A program made the position numbers and the translations under genes. Under the pieces are notes generated by a model, which saw nothing but the letters and a program-made list of their open reading frames with translations, was not told the origin of the DNA and ran no database searches. A stretch of DNA of 64,000 bases, from assembly GCF_054482595.1 (NCBI RefSeq), contig NZ_CM137008.1, one strand, 5' to 3'. Position 1 is the stretch's first letter. Each line of letters begins with the position of its first letter. Of the stretch, positions 1 to 11,116 are shown piece after piece.

Positions 1-743
1 TGGATAAAGACGAAGAGTTCCAGAAATTCATCTCCGTACCGGAAAACCGTGAGTATGTTTACGGTGATACCGCGACGCTGCTCGATAAAAAACTGCCGAA
101 AAGCAACTGGCTGGCAATGTGGATTTTCCTCGGGGCAATCGCTGTAGTCGCCCTTCTTGGTGCTGATTCGGACCTGCGTCCATCCTTCGGCGGCAAACCG
201 CTGTCGATGGTACTGGTTATTCAGATGTTTATGCTGCTGACCGGGGCGCTGATTATTATCCTGACCAAAACCAATCCCGCGTCTATCTCAAAAAACGAAG
301 TCTTCCGTTCCGGTATGATCGCCATCGTGGCGGTGTACGGTATCGCATGGATGGCAGAAACCATGTTCGGTGCGCATATGTCTGAAATTCAGGGCGTACT
401 GGGTGAAATGGTGAAAGAGTATCCGTGGGCGTATGCCATTGTTCTGCTGCTGGTTTCCAAGTTTGTAAACTCTCAGGCTGCGGCGCTGGCGGCGATTGTT
501 CCGGTCGCGCTGGCGATCGGCGTTGATCCGGCATACATCGTGGCTTCAGCACCGGCTTGCTACGGTTATTACATCCTGCCGACTTATCCGAGCGATCTGG
601 CAGCGATTCAGTTTGACCGTTCCGGCACCACCCACATCGGTCGCTTCGTCATCAACCACAGCTTTATTCTGCCGGGGTTGATTGGTGTGAGCGTATCGTG
701 CGTCTTCGGCTGGATCTTCGCCGCGATGTACGGGTTCTTATAA
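1..743 (+). CDS. dcuB: anaerobic C4-dicarboxylate transporter DcuB, 3' portion (5' end outside window)
   Basis: Frame 3 is open from the window edge ([27 protein letters not shown]...) to the stop at 741-743; hydrophobic membrane protein; sits directly upstream of fumB as in the dcuB-fumB operon. Confidence 0.85.
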
Positions 744-820
744 ATGCACTTTGCGTGCCGCCCGTGACTACGCGGCACGCCATTTTCGAATAACAAATAC
801 AGAGTTACAGGCTGGAAGCT

Positions 821-2467
821 ATGTCAAACAAACCCTTTATCTACCAGGCACCTTTCCCGATGGGGAAAGACAATACCGAATACTATCTACTCACTTCCGA
901 TTACGTTAGCGTTGCCGACTTCGACGGCGAAACCATCCTGAAAGTGGAACCAGAAGCCCTGACCCTGCTGGCGCAGCAAGCCTTTCACGACGCTTCTTTT
1001 ATGCTCCGCCCGGCACACCAGAAACAGGTTGCGGCTATTCTTCACGATCCAGAAGCCAGCGAAAACGACAAGTACGTGGCGCTGCAATTCTTAAGAAACT
1101 CCGAAATCGCCGCCAAAGGCGTGCTGCCGACCTGCCAGGATACCGGCACCGCGATCATCGTCGGTAAAAAAGGCCAGCGCGTGTGGACCGGTGGCGGTGA
1201 TGAAGAAGCGCTGTCGAAAGGCGTCTATAACACCTATATCGAAGATAACCTGCGCTACTCGCAAAACGCGGCGCTGGACATGTACAAAGAGGTCAACACC
1301 GGCACTAACCTGCCTGCGCAAATCGACCTGTACGCGGTAGATGGCGATGAGTACAAATTCCTTTGCGTTGCGAAAGGCGGCGGCTCTGCCAACAAAACGT
1401 ATCTCTACCAGGAAACCAAAGCCCTGCTGACTCCCGGCAAACTGAAAAACTTCCTCGTCGAGAAAATGCGTACCCTCGGTACTGCAGCCTGCCCGCCGTA
1501 CCATATCGCGTTTGTGATTGGCGGTACGTCTGCGGAAACCAACCTGAAAACCGTCAAGTTAGCAAGCGCTCACTATTACGATGAACTGCCGACGGAAGGG
1601 AACGAACATGGTCAGGCGTTCCGCGATGTCCAGCTGGAACAGGAACTGCTGGAAGAGGCCCAGAAACTCGGTCTTGGCGCGCAGTTTGGCGGTAAATACT
1701 TCGCGCACGACATTCGCGTTATCCGTCTGCCACGTCACGGCGCATCCTGCCCGGTCGGCATGGGCGTCTCCTGCTCCGCTGACCGTAACATTAAAGCGAA
1801 AATCAACCGCGAAGGTATCTGGATCGAAAAACTGGAACACAACCCAGGCCAGTACATTCCACAAGAACTGCGCCAGGCCGGTGAAGGCGAAGCGGTGAAA
1901 GTTGACCTTAACCGCCCGATGAAAGAGATCCTCGCCCAGCTTTCGCAATATCCGGTTTCCACTCGTTTGTCGCTCACCGGCACCATTATCGTGGGCCGAG
2001 ATATTGCACACGCCAAGCTGAAAGAGCTGATTGACGCCGGTAAAGAACTTCCGCAGTACATCAAAGATCACCCGATCTACTACGCGGGTCCGGCGAAAAC
2101 CCCTGCCGGTTATCCATCAGGTTCACTTGGCCCAACCACCGCAGGTCGTATGGACTCCTATGTGGATCTGCTGCAATCCCACGGCGGCAGCATGATCATG
2201 CTAGCGAAAGGTAACCGCAGTCAGCAGGTTACCGACGCGTGTCATAAACACGGCGGCTTCTACCTCGGTAGCATCGGCGGTCCGGCGGCGGTACTGGCGC
2301 AGCAGAGCATCAAGCATCTGGAATGCGTCGCTTATCCGGAGCTGGGTATGGAAGCTATCTGGAAAATCGAAGTAGAAGATTTCCCGGCGTTTATCCTGGT
2401 CGATGACAAAGGTAACGACTTCTTCCAGCAGATCGTCAACAAACAGTGCGCGAACTGCACTAAGTAA
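821..2467 (+). CDS. fumB: class I (Fe-S) fumarate hydratase, anaerobic isozyme
   Basis: 548 aa ORF; matches remembered FumB sequence and length; position next to dcuB. Confidence 0.93.
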   Translation: MSNKPFIYQAPFPMGKDNTEYYLLTSDYVSVADFDGETILKVEPEALTLLAQQAFHDASFMLRPAHQKQVAAILHDPEASENDKYVALQFLRNSEIAAKGVLPTCQDTGTAIIVGKKGQRVWTGGGDEEALSKGVYNTYIEDNLRYSQNAALDMYKEVNTGTNLPAQIDLYAVDGDEYKFLCVAKGGGSANKTYLYQETKALLTPGKLKNFLVEKMRTLGTAACPPYHIAFVIGGTSAETNLKTVKLASAHYYDELPTEGNEHGQAFRDVQLEQELLEEAQKLGLGAQFGGKYFAHDIRVIRLPRHGASCPVGMGVSCSADRNIKAKINREGIWIEKLEHNPGQYIPQELRQAGEGEAVKVDLNRPMKEILAQLSQYPVSTRLSLTGTIIVGRDIAHAKLKELIDAGKELPQYIKDHPIYYAGPAKTPAGYPSGSLGPTTAGRMDSYVDLLQSHGGSMIMLAKGNRSQQVTDACHKHGGFYLGSIGGPAAVLAQQSIKHLECVAYPELGMEAIWKIEVEDFPAFILVDDKGNDFFQQIVNKQCANCTK

Positions 2468-2589
2468 CCTCTTCGGCCCAGCGCCTGGCAGCATGCTGCC
2501 AGGTGATCCCCCTGGGCCACCTCTTTTGCGATTGTAATTTCACGCTTGCTGGTGAATAGTCAGTATTTTCCCTGACTTGCGAACTCACC

Positions 2590-3219
2590 ATGACCCGCAC
2601 ACTCAAGCCGTTAATTCTTAACACCGGCGCACTGGCGCTAACGTTAATCCTGATTTATACCGGCATTTCGGCCCATGACAAACTCACCTGGCTGATGGAA
2701 GTGACACCGGTGATTATTGTCGTGCCGCTACTGCTTGCCACCGCTAAACGTTATCCGTTAACGCCGCTGCTCTATACGCTCATTTTCTTTCACGCCATCA
2801 TCCTGATGGTCGGCGGGCAATACACCTACGCGAAAGTCCCCATCGGTTTTGAGGTGCAGGAATGGCTGGGGTTGAGCCGTAATCCGTATGACAAGCTGGG
2901 GCATTTTTTCCAGGGGCTGGTGCCTGCACTGGTGGCACGAGAAATTCTCGTGCGCGGGATGTACGTGCGCGGACGTAAAATGGTGGCGTTCCTGGTCTGC
3001 TGCGTGGCGCTGGCGATAAGCGCGATGTATGAATTAATCGAGTGGTGGGCGGCGCTGGCAATGGGCCAGGGAGCGGATGATTTTCTCGGCACCCAGGGCG
3101 ACCAGTGGGACACGCAATCCGATATGTTCTGCGCGCTGCTTGGCGCATTAACGACGGTGATATTCCTCGCTCGCTTTCATTGCCGCCAGCTACGGCGCTT
3201 TGGCTTGATAACCGGATAA
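2590..3219 (+). CDS. yjdF: inner membrane protein YjdF
   Basis: 209 aa multi-pass hydrophobic ORF between fumB and melB, as in K-12. Confidence 0.8.
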   Translation: MTRTLKPLILNTGALALTLILIYTGISAHDKLTWLMEVTPVIIVVPLLLATAKRYPLTPLLYTLIFFHAIILMVGGQYTYAKVPIGFEVQEWLGLSRNPYDKLGHFFQGLVPALVAREILVRGMYVRGRKMVAFLVCCVALAISAMYELIEWWAALAMGQGADDFLGTQGDQWDTQSDMFCALLGALTTVIFLARFHCRQLRRFGLITG

Positions 3220-3233
3220 CAACGTGCGCTTTG

Positions 3234-3272
3234 TTGATGCCGGATGCGGCGTGAATTCCTTATCCGGTCTAC
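3234..3272. repeat. REP (repetitive extragenic palindromic) element
   Basis: gccggatgcggcgtgaa...ccttatccggtctaca motif between convergent yjdF and melB. Confidence 0.7.
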
Positions 3273-3357
3273 AAAATTTGCAAATCCAAAGCATTACATT
3301 AAGACGTGGCCTGATAAACATATCGCATCAGGCCATTTTCGTTAGCTATTGTCCACG

Positions 3358-4779
3358 TCAGGCTTTCACATCACTCACTGCACCGACCGGAATATCAGCA
3401 TGAACAGGCTCGGGCGGTACTTTGCGATATTTATCCAGCAGATGAATCTGGATCCTGCGCAGCGTGTCGCCATTGAGGCGATAGAAACGGAAGTAGAGAA
3501 TCAGCGTTACCATGAAAAACAGAGTTGGTAGAGCAATCATAATAAACTGCATACCTAATAGGGCTTGCGTAGACTGTTCAACATTCGGTACATAGCCAAT
3601 CATCCCTAACACAACCGCAATGAAAAAAGCCGCAAAGGCTGAACCGCCCTTCACCACCATAGTCTGCACGGAGTAAGCGATACTTTCACAGCGTACGTGC
3701 AGTTTATATTCACCGTAATCAACGGTATCTGCCACCATGATGACCTGTAATACCCAGAAAAGCGCCGTTCCCACATTCAGCAAAATACCCGCAATCACAA
3801 TGAGGACGACGTTGTGATAGCTCATTAATGCCATTAACAGGAGAACACCACAGCTTAACACCGGAAGAATAGATGCTCCGGCCCATAAAATGCGTCGGGA
3901 TAATGATTTAACTAAGCGTGGGAAGAATACTAACGTCACCAGGTTAGCAGCTCCCGCATACGACAGATAATAGGGGAACAAATCCGCATCACCAATAACA
4001 TATGAGAAATAATAGATAGCAAATCCGGTAATAATGTTGCTGGCTACATTATAAGCAAGAGCCATACCCAAGAGGCATGAAAGCTGATCGTTTTTATAAA
4101 TTAGCGCAACGATGGCTTTAAGTGTCAGATGGCTTCCTTCAGCAGACGGTTGATTGTCTGACGAAAAGACTTCATGCACATTGCGCAAAGTGATGATGGT
4201 TGAAACAATAAAAAAGGCGATTAGTACCAGAGTGAACATCTGAAAGCCAAATCCCCGATCGCCACCGCCGACATAATTAACAAATGGTAGCGTCACACCT
4301 GCCGTAACAAAGCCTGCCAGACTGGCAAAAAAACGCGGATAAGGAACCAGTTGTTCGCGCTCACGTTTATCGAGCGTGATGGTTGGAACCAGCGACCAGA
4401 AGGGAATATCCATAATGGTGTAAGTCATGCCCCAGAGGATGTAGGTCACGCAAACAAAGACAATCTGAGTAGTACCTTCAAACAGATGCGCACTAAAGAG
4501 GAGAAATAAGATTACAGAGTTTGCCAACGTACCGATCAGGATCCAGGGTTTGAACTTACCCCATCGCGATCGCGTAGCATTTACAATCCATCCCATAATC
4601 GGATCGTTAATAGCATCCCAGATCCTCGCCACCAGAAACAAAGTACCGACCAAACCCACAGACAGCCCAACGACATCGGTGTAGTAATACATGAGGTACA
4701 TATACACAATGCCGATCGCAAAATCCTTCCCGAACGCTCCAAATCCATAACTGAGTTTTGTAGTCATTGAAATGCTCAT
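3358..4779 (-). CDS. melB: melibiose:Na+/H+ symporter
   Basis: Translation from the ATG at 4779 begins [20 protein letters not shown] and gives 473 aa; the track ORF starts 8 codons further upstream. Confidence 0.93.
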   Translation of the reverse strand: MSISMTTKLSYGFGAFGKDFAIGIVYMYLMYYYTDVVGLSVGLVGTLFLVARIWDAINDPIMGWIVNATRSRWGKFKPWILIGTLANSVILFLLFSAHLFEGTTQIVFVCVTYILWGMTYTIMDIPFWSLVPTITLDKREREQLVPYPRFFASLAGFVTAGVTLPFVNYVGGGDRGFGFQMFTLVLIAFFIVSTIITLRNVHEVFSSDNQPSAEGSHLTLKAIVALIYKNDQLSCLLGMALAYNVASNIITGFAIYYFSYVIGDADLFPYYLSYAGAANLVTLVFFPRLVKSLSRRILWAGASILPVLSCGVLLLMALMSYHNVVLIVIAGILLNVGTALFWVLQVIMVADTVDYGEYKLHVRCESIAYSVQTMVVKGGSAFAAFFIAVVLGMIGYVPNVEQSTQALLGMQFIMIALPTLFFMVTLILYFRFYRLNGDTLRRIQIHLLDKYRKVPPEPVHADIPVGAVSDVKA

Positions 4780-4881
4780 AGGGTATCGGGTCGCTGTTAC
4801 CAACGCCCGCCTTCTGTTATTGGTATCGTCAGAGGTGTGCGCCGGAATAATTCCCCCGGCGCAGTAGCGTTTAGTCGCGTT

Positions 4882-6237
4882 TTAACGGTGCAACCAGCCT
4901 GGCAGCCAGTCGCCGTGGGCGGCAATCAGGTCGTCAACAAGAGCATATATTTCGTCAATGCCCAGCACGGCGGCAGTATGCGGGTCCATCATCGCGGCGT
5001 GGTAAACACGGTCGCGATTTTCCGTAAGAATAGCTTCGGTCAGCAGCGTCTGTACGTTGATGTTGGTTTGCATCAGGGCGGCCAGATGCGAAGGTAGCGT
5101 ACCGACTTTGGTTGGCTGAATGCCATTAGCATCAACCAGACAGGCTACTTCCACGCAACATCCTTGTGGCAGGTTATCAATCAAACCATCGTTACGGACG
5201 TTGCCGTAAATCACACTCGGCTCGCCAGTCCAGATAGCGTTCATGATTGTGCTGGCATATTCCCGTGACGGTTTAATATCAATCCGGGAGGCGTTTTTAT
5301 ACTCCTCCAGCTCTTTATGCCAGTTCGCCAGCTGCTCGACGCAGCGTTTCGGGTACTCATCCAGCGGTACTTTATAACGCTCAATCAAATCCTCACGACC
5401 TGGCTTAATAAACCACGGCGTATATTCGGCAAAATGTTCTGACGATTCCGTGACGAAGTAGCCCAGCTTTTTGAACATTTCGTAGCGCACAATATTCTGG
5501 CAGCGAGTATTACCATGAATATTCGGCTTCGGTGCCTGCCCTGCTTCATAAGCCGCCAGCAGTTCCGGGTAGAGATTCACATAACTGCCGTCGGCGGTTT
5601 TGCGCTCCAGCTCCAGGTAAAACGCCATATGGTTGATACCTGCGCAACGGTAACGCAGCGTAGCTGGGTCGATATTGAGGTCACGCGCCAGCTCTTCCGC
5701 CGTTCCCTGCACCGAATGGCACAGCCCGACCTGTTTGATATGCGGATAGCGGGCATACATCGCCCAGGTATTCATCGCCATTGGGTTAACATAGTTGAGC
5801 ATGGTGGCATCGGGGCAGACTTCCGTCATGTCCTCGCAAATTTGCCACAGATGCGGAATGGTACGTAGCGCGCGCATAATACCGCCCGGCCCCAACGTAT
5901 CGGCAATGGTTTGTTCCAGACCATGCCGCTTACAGACCTCGAAATCAGTCACCGTGCAAGGTTCATAACCGCCAATCTGAAATGCCACCACGACAAAATC
6001 GGCATCCTCTAAGGCTTCTTTCTGTTGGGTGTGGCAGGTGATTTTGCCGCTGGCCCCTGCTGAATCCATCAGCTTACGCACCACAATATGCGACTCTTCC
6101 AGGCGGGTGGGATCAATGTCCATCAGGGCAATATGCGCCGTTTTCAGCGCCTCGCGATGGAACACATCACCAAGAATATTTTTAACGAAAATCGTCGAAC
6201 CAGCGCCGATAAATGTAATTTTGGGTGCAGTCATCAT
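4882..6237 (-). CDS. melA: alpha-galactosidase (NAD/Mn-dependent, GH4)
   Basis: 451 aa; N-terminal GAGS Rossmann motif (KITFIGAGSTIF); upstream of melB. Confidence 0.93.
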   Translation of the reverse strand: MMTAPKITFIGAGSTIFVKNILGDVFHREALKTAHIALMDIDPTRLEESHIVVRKLMDSAGASGKITCHTQQKEALEDADFVVVAFQIGGYEPCTVTDFEVCKRHGLEQTIADTLGPGGIMRALRTIPHLWQICEDMTEVCPDATMLNYVNPMAMNTWAMYARYPHIKQVGLCHSVQGTAEELARDLNIDPATLRYRCAGINHMAFYLELERKTADGSYVNLYPELLAAYEAGQAPKPNIHGNTRCQNIVRYEMFKKLGYFVTESSEHFAEYTPWFIKPGREDLIERYKVPLDEYPKRCVEQLANWHKELEEYKNASRIDIKPSREYASTIMNAIWTGEPSVIYGNVRNDGLIDNLPQGCCVEVACLVDANGIQPTKVGTLPSHLAALMQTNINVQTLLTEAILTENRDRVYHAAMMDPHTAAVLGIDEIYALVDDLIAAHGDWLPGWLHR

Positions 6238-6519
6238 GCAGATCTCCTGGCTTGCTTGAATAACTTCATCATGGCAGGCGAATCTGCAGAAAACCTCCGG
6301 CTTCCAGGTTGAGCATTCCCATAAACTCAGATCCTGCGTGAAGCAGCAGTAAATCTGAGTTTATGGTAATAAGTTACCTGAAAAGCAGAGTTTTCGGCCT
6401 CATGATGCTCGGACGCTCCCCTCGCCTCTCTGGGAAGAGGGTGAAAACCGTGCTCCCACTCGCAGTCATCCTCCCTCACTCCTGCCATAATTCTGATATT
6501 CCAGGAAAGAGAGCCATCC
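6238..6519. promoter_or_regulatory. divergent melAB / melR promoter region
   Basis: Intergenic region between divergent melA and melR; established that MelR and CRP act here; individual sites not mapped by me. Confidence 0.5.
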
Positions 6520-7428
6520 ATGAATACAGATACGTTTATGTGCAGCAGCGACGAAAAACAGACCCGCAGCCCGCTGTCGCTGTATTCGGAATACCAGCGG
6601 ATGGAGATTGAGTTTCGCGCACCGCATATCATGCCCACCAGCCACTGGCATGGTCAGGTCGAAGTGAATGTGCCTTTCGATGGCGATGTGGAATACCTGA
6701 TCAACAATGAAAAAGTGAATATCAATCAGGGTCATATCACGCTGTTCTGGGCCTGTACACCGCACCAACTAACAGATACCGGAACCTGTCAGAGCATGGC
6801 GATTTTTAATCTGCCGATGCATCTGTTTCTCTCCTGGCCGCTGGATAAAGACCTGATTAACCACGTCACTCACGGCATGGTGATCAAATCACTGGCCACA
6901 CAGCAACTTAGCCCGTTTGAAGTGCGCCGCTGGCAGCAGGAATTAAACAGTCCGAACGAGCAAATTCGCCAGCTCGCCATTGATGAAATTGGCCTGATGC
7001 TCAAGCGATTTAGCCTCTCTGGCTGGGAACCGATTCTGGTCAATAAAACCTCGCGCACACACAAAAACAGCGTCTCGCGCCATGCGCAATTTTATGTTAG
7101 CCAGATGCTGGGCTTTATTGCCGAAAACTATGATCAGGCGCTGACCATCAACGATGTGGCTGAGCACGTCAAACTTAACGCCAACTATGCAATGGGGATA
7201 TTCCAGCGGGTCATGCAATTGACGATGAAACAGTACATTACCGCGATGCGCATCAACCACGTTCGCGCGTTACTGAGCGATACCGATAAAAGTATTCTCG
7301 ATATTGCCCTGACGGCAGGCTTTCGTTCAAGTAGTCGTTTTTACAGCACGTTCGGCAAATATGTCGGCATGTCGCCGCAACAATACCGCAAACTTAGCCA
7401 ACAGCGCCGCCAGACGTTTCCCGGCTAA
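6520..7428 (+). CDS. melR: AraC-family melibiose operon activator
   Basis: 302 aa; C-terminal AraC-type HTH region; divergent from melAB. Confidence 0.92.
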   Translation: MNTDTFMCSSDEKQTRSPLSLYSEYQRMEIEFRAPHIMPTSHWHGQVEVNVPFDGDVEYLINNEKVNINQGHITLFWACTPHQLTDTGTCQSMAIFNLPMHLFLSWPLDKDLINHVTHGMVIKSLATQQLSPFEVRRWQQELNSPNEQIRQLAIDEIGLMLKRFSLSGWEPILVNKTSRTHKNSVSRHAQFYVSQMLGFIAENYDQALTINDVAEHVKLNANYAMGIFQRVMQLTMKQYITAMRINHVRALLSDTDKSILDIALTAGFRSSSRFYSTFGKYVGMSPQQYRKLSQQRRQTFPG

Positions 7429-7626
7429 AGACGATATCAGTATCAGCCAAAAAAATAGTTTAGCCGTCGATAATAAGCAGTGAAAATAATTTAAAATAAT
7501 CACATAACGTATTGTTTATAAAACTAAATATTTCAAAAATGTTTGTTTTTCACGCGCTTTACAGCCCGAAAAGGCCGGAAGATACTTGCCCGCAACGAAG
7601 ATTCCTTCATAACCGGGTAAGCAATG

Positions 7627-9894
7627 ATGAAAGTATTAATTGTTGAAAGCGAGTTTCTCCATCAAGACACCTGGGTCGGTAACGCCGTTGAGCGTCTGGC
7701 AGATGCTTTAAGCCAGCAAAATGTTACCGTGATTAAATCCACCTCCTTTGATGATGGTTTTGCCATTCTCTCTTCAAACGAAGCCATTGACTGCCTGATG
7801 TTCAGCTATCAAATGGAACATCCGGACGAACATCAAAACGTCAGACAATTGATCGGTAAGCTTCATGAGCGCCAACAAAACGTGCCGGTCTTCCTGTTGG
7901 GCGATCGGGAAAAAGCCCTCGCCGCAATGGACCGGGATCTGCTGGAGCTTGTCGATGAATTCGCCTGGATTCTGGAAGATACCGCCGACTTTATCGCCGG
8001 ACGCGCCGTTGCCGCGATGACCCGCTACCGCCAGCAGCTGTTGCCGCCACTGTTCAGCGCGCTGATGAAATATAGTGACATCCATGAATATTCCTGGGCA
8101 GCGCCAGGCCACCAGGGCGGCGTTGGTTTTACCAAAACACCCGCCGGACGTTTCTACCATGACTACTATGGTGAAAATCTGTTTCGCACCGACATGGGCA
8201 TCGAACGAACTTCCCTCGGTTCTTTGCTTGACCATACTGGCGCATTTGGCGAAAGCGAAAAATATGCCGCACGCGTATTTGGTGCCGATCGCTCCTGGTC
8301 GGTAGTCGTCGGTACTTCCGGCTCTAACCGCACCATCATGCAGGCTTGCATGACCGATAACGATGTCGTGGTCGTTGACCGTAATTGCCATAAATCCATC
8401 GAACAAGGCTTGATGCTGACAGGCGCGAAACCAGTCTACATGGTGCCAAGCCGCAACCGCTACGGCATTATCGGGCCAATCTATCCGCAGGAAATGCAAC
8501 CTGAAACCTTGCAGAAGAAAATCAGTGAAAGCCCGCTGACTAAAGACAAAGCTGGGCAAAAACCGTCTTACTGCGTGGTGACCAACTGCACCTATGACGG
8601 CGTGTGTTATAACGCTAAAGAAGCGCAGGATCTGCTGGAAAAAACCTCCGATCGTCTGCACTTTGACGAAGCCTGGTACGGCTATGCACGTTTCAACCCG
8701 ATCTATGCCGATCACTATGCCATGCGCGGCGAACCTGGCGATCACAACGGTCCTACCGTTTTCGCCACCCACTCCACCCACAAACTGCTGAATGCGCTGT
8801 CACAGGCTTCTTATATTCATGTACGTGAAGGTCGTGGGGCGATTAACTTCTCCCGCTTCAACCAGGCCTACATGATGCATGCCACCACCTCCCCGCTGTA
8901 TGCCATCTGCGCATCCAACGACGTGGCGGTGTCGATGATGGACGGCAACAGCGGCCTGTCACTGACACAAGAAGTGATTGACGAAGCGGTTGATTTTCGT
9001 CAGGCGATGGCGCGGCTGTATAAAGAGTTCACCGCTGACGGTAGCTGGTTCTTCAAACCGTGGAACAAAGAAGTCGTCACCGACCCACAAACCGGCAAAA
9101 CCTATGACTTTGCTGACGCACCAACCAAACTGCTGACCACCGTTCAGGACTGCTGGGTAATGCATCCGGGCGAAAGCTGGCACGGCTTCAAAGATATTCC
9201 GGATAACTGGAGTATGCTCGACCCAATTAAAGTCAGCATCCTTGCTCCGGGAATGGGTGAAGATGGTGAACTGGAAGAAACCGGTGTTCCGGCGGCGCTG
9301 GTCACTGCCTGGCTTGGTCGCCACGGCATTGTGCCTACCCGCACCACTGACTTCCAAATTATGTTCCTGTTCTCTATGGGCGTAACCCGTGGGAAATGGG
9401 GGACTCTGGTTAACACCCTTTGCTCCTTCAAACGCCACTATGACGCCAACACACCGCTGGCGCAGGTGATGCCGGAACTTGTTGAACAATATCCTGACAC
9501 TTACGCGAACATGGGGATTCACGATCTGGGTGACACCATGTTTGCCTGGCTGAAAGAAAACAACCCTGGCGCACGGTTGAACGAAGCCTATTCCGGCCTG
9601 CCGATGGCGGAAATCACCCCGCGTGAAGCGTACAACGCGATTGTCGACAACAATGTCGAACTGGTATCCATTGAAAATCTGCCAGGACGCATCGCGGCAA
9701 ACTCAGTTATCCCGTATCCGCCAGGAATCCCGATGCTGCTGTCTGGTGAAAACTTCGGCGATAAAAACAGTCCGCAAGTAAGTTATTTACGCTCGCTGCA
9801 ATCCTGGGACCACCATTTCCCTGGATTTGAACACGAAACTGAAGGGACTGAAATTATTGACGGTATTTACCACGTTATGTGCGTGAAAGCGTAA
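7627..9894 (+). CDS. adiA: biodegradative (acid-inducible) arginine decarboxylase
   Basis: 755 aa from the second ATG (MKVLIVESEF...); PLP-dependent Orn/Lys/Arg decarboxylase family. Confidence 0.93.
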   Translation: MKVLIVESEFLHQDTWVGNAVERLADALSQQNVTVIKSTSFDDGFAILSSNEAIDCLMFSYQMEHPDEHQNVRQLIGKLHERQQNVPVFLLGDREKALAAMDRDLLELVDEFAWILEDTADFIAGRAVAAMTRYRQQLLPPLFSALMKYSDIHEYSWAAPGHQGGVGFTKTPAGRFYHDYYGENLFRTDMGIERTSLGSLLDHTGAFGESEKYAARVFGADRSWSVVVGTSGSNRTIMQACMTDNDVVVVDRNCHKSIEQGLMLTGAKPVYMVPSRNRYGIIGPIYPQEMQPETLQKKISESPLTKDKAGQKPSYCVVTNCTYDGVCYNAKEAQDLLEKTSDRLHFDEAWYGYARFNPIYADHYAMRGEPGDHNGPTVFATHSTHKLLNALSQASYIHVREGRGAINFSRFNQAYMMHATTSPLYAICASNDVAVSMMDGNSGLSLTQEVIDEAVDFRQAMARLYKEFTADGSWFFKPWNKEVVTDPQTGKTYDFADAPTKLLTTVQDCWVMHPGESWHGFKDIPDNWSMLDPIKVSILAPGMGEDGELEETGVPAALVTAWLGRHGIVPTRTTDFQIMFLFSMGVTRGKWGTLVNTLCSFKRHYDANTPLAQVMPELVEQYPDTYANMGIHDLGDTMFAWLKENNPGARLNEAYSGLPMAEITPREAYNAIVDNNVELVSIENLPGRIAANSVIPYPPGIPMLLSGENFGDKNSPQVSYLRSLQSWDHHFPGFEHETEGTEIIDGIYHVMCVKA

Positions 9895-10011
9895 CCACTA
9901 TTCCGCTGAAGGCGTAATTGTTTAAATAACATTACGCCGCCTGGCCTTAGGCCTTTTGAGTATGGCAACGTTTTCATAAAAATTGCTGCAAACAAAAATG
10001 TCATACTTTTT

Positions 10012-10038
10012 GCGCGGCCCCACCCCGCGCTTTTTTTT
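10012..10038 (+). terminator. rho-independent terminator downstream of adiA
   Basis: Stem gcgcgg / ccgcgc with loop ccccacc, followed by an 8-T run. Confidence 0.8.
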
Positions 10039-10218
10039 GCCTGTTATTTATCCTGTAAAAAAATATGTACATGAAAAATTACTATAAAAATTTGTAATAT
10101 TAGTAAAACTCGTTATTTTTATGCATGTTTATATTCATCATACAATTATATAACCATTTCCCGGTATCGCTTTGCTTTAGCGAGAACTGGTCTTTTATTT
10201 GCACTCAGGAGTACATGT

Positions 10219-10980
10219 ATGAGGATTTGCAGCGACCAACCTTGTATTGTTTTATTGACTGAAAAAGATGTCTGGATAAGGGTGAATGGGAAAGAACCTA
10301 TTAGCCTTAAAGCTAACCATATGGCGTTATTAAATTGTGAAAATAATATTATCGACGTCTCCTCTCTTAACAACACTTTGGTTGCTCATATTAGTCACGA
10401 CATCATCAAAGATTACCTCCGGTTTCTGAATAAAGATCTCTCGCAAATACCAGTATGGCAACGTAGCGCTACGCCCATACTCACCCTGCCATGCCTGACG
10501 CCAGACGTCTTTCGCGTTGCCGCGCAACACAGCATGATGCCCGCAGAAACTGAGTCAGAAAAGGAACGAACACGCGCATTATTATTCACGGTGCTATCCC
10601 GTTTTCTCGACAGTAAAAAATTCCTTTCATTAATGATGTATATGTTACGTAATTGTGTAAGTGACAGCGTTTATCAAATTATTGAAAGCGATATTCACAA
10701 AGACTGGAATCTTAGTATGGTAGCCAGTTGTTTATGTCTTAGCCCAAGTCTGTTAAAGAAAAAGTTGAAAAGCGAAAACACCAGTTATAGCCAAATAATC
10801 ACCACCTGCCGCATGCGTTATGCCGTAAATGAATTAATGATGGACGGTAAAAATATCTCTCAGGTATCACAGTCCTGCGGCTACAACAGTACGTCGTACT
10901 TTATTTCTGTCTTTAAAGACTTCTACGGTATGACGCCGCTGCATTATGTTAGTCAGCACAGAGAACGCACTGTCGCCTGA
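10219..10980 (+). CDS. adiY: AraC-family regulator of the arginine-dependent acid resistance genes
   Basis: 253 aa; AraC-type C-terminal HTH; located between adiA and adiC; visibly AT-rich coding sequence. Confidence 0.9.
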   Translation: MRICSDQPCIVLLTEKDVWIRVNGKEPISLKANHMALLNCENNIIDVSSLNNTLVAHISHDIIKDYLRFLNKDLSQIPVWQRSATPILTLPCLTPDVFRVAAQHSMMPAETESEKERTRALLFTVLSRFLDSKKFLSLMMYMLRNCVSDSVYQIIESDIHKDWNLSMVASCLCLSPSLLKKKLKSENTSYSQIITTCRMRYAVNELMMDGKNISQVSQSCGYNSTSYFISVFKDFYGMTPLHYVSQHRERTVA

Positions 10981-11116
10981 TTTTTAACCTTAACGAAGAG
11001 CTATATTAATAACGGCATCAGCGATAACCCGGTCGATAATAATTCAACTATCGAATGCAGGCGTATGATATGACGTAATTTATTGTCACGAAGCTCGCCT
11101 TCGCAGGAGTTTAATT

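Noticed and set aside
2484-2503. Inverted repeat cctggcagc/gctgccagg downstream of fumB as a terminator
   Set aside because: Perfect 9-bp palindrome but with almost no loop and no following T-run; could be a protein-binding palindrome or weak terminator, so not called
7774-8781. 335-aa minus-strand ORF inside adiA
   Set aside because: Antisense to a well-supported conserved gene; no RBS; typical long antisense frame in GC-rich coding DNA
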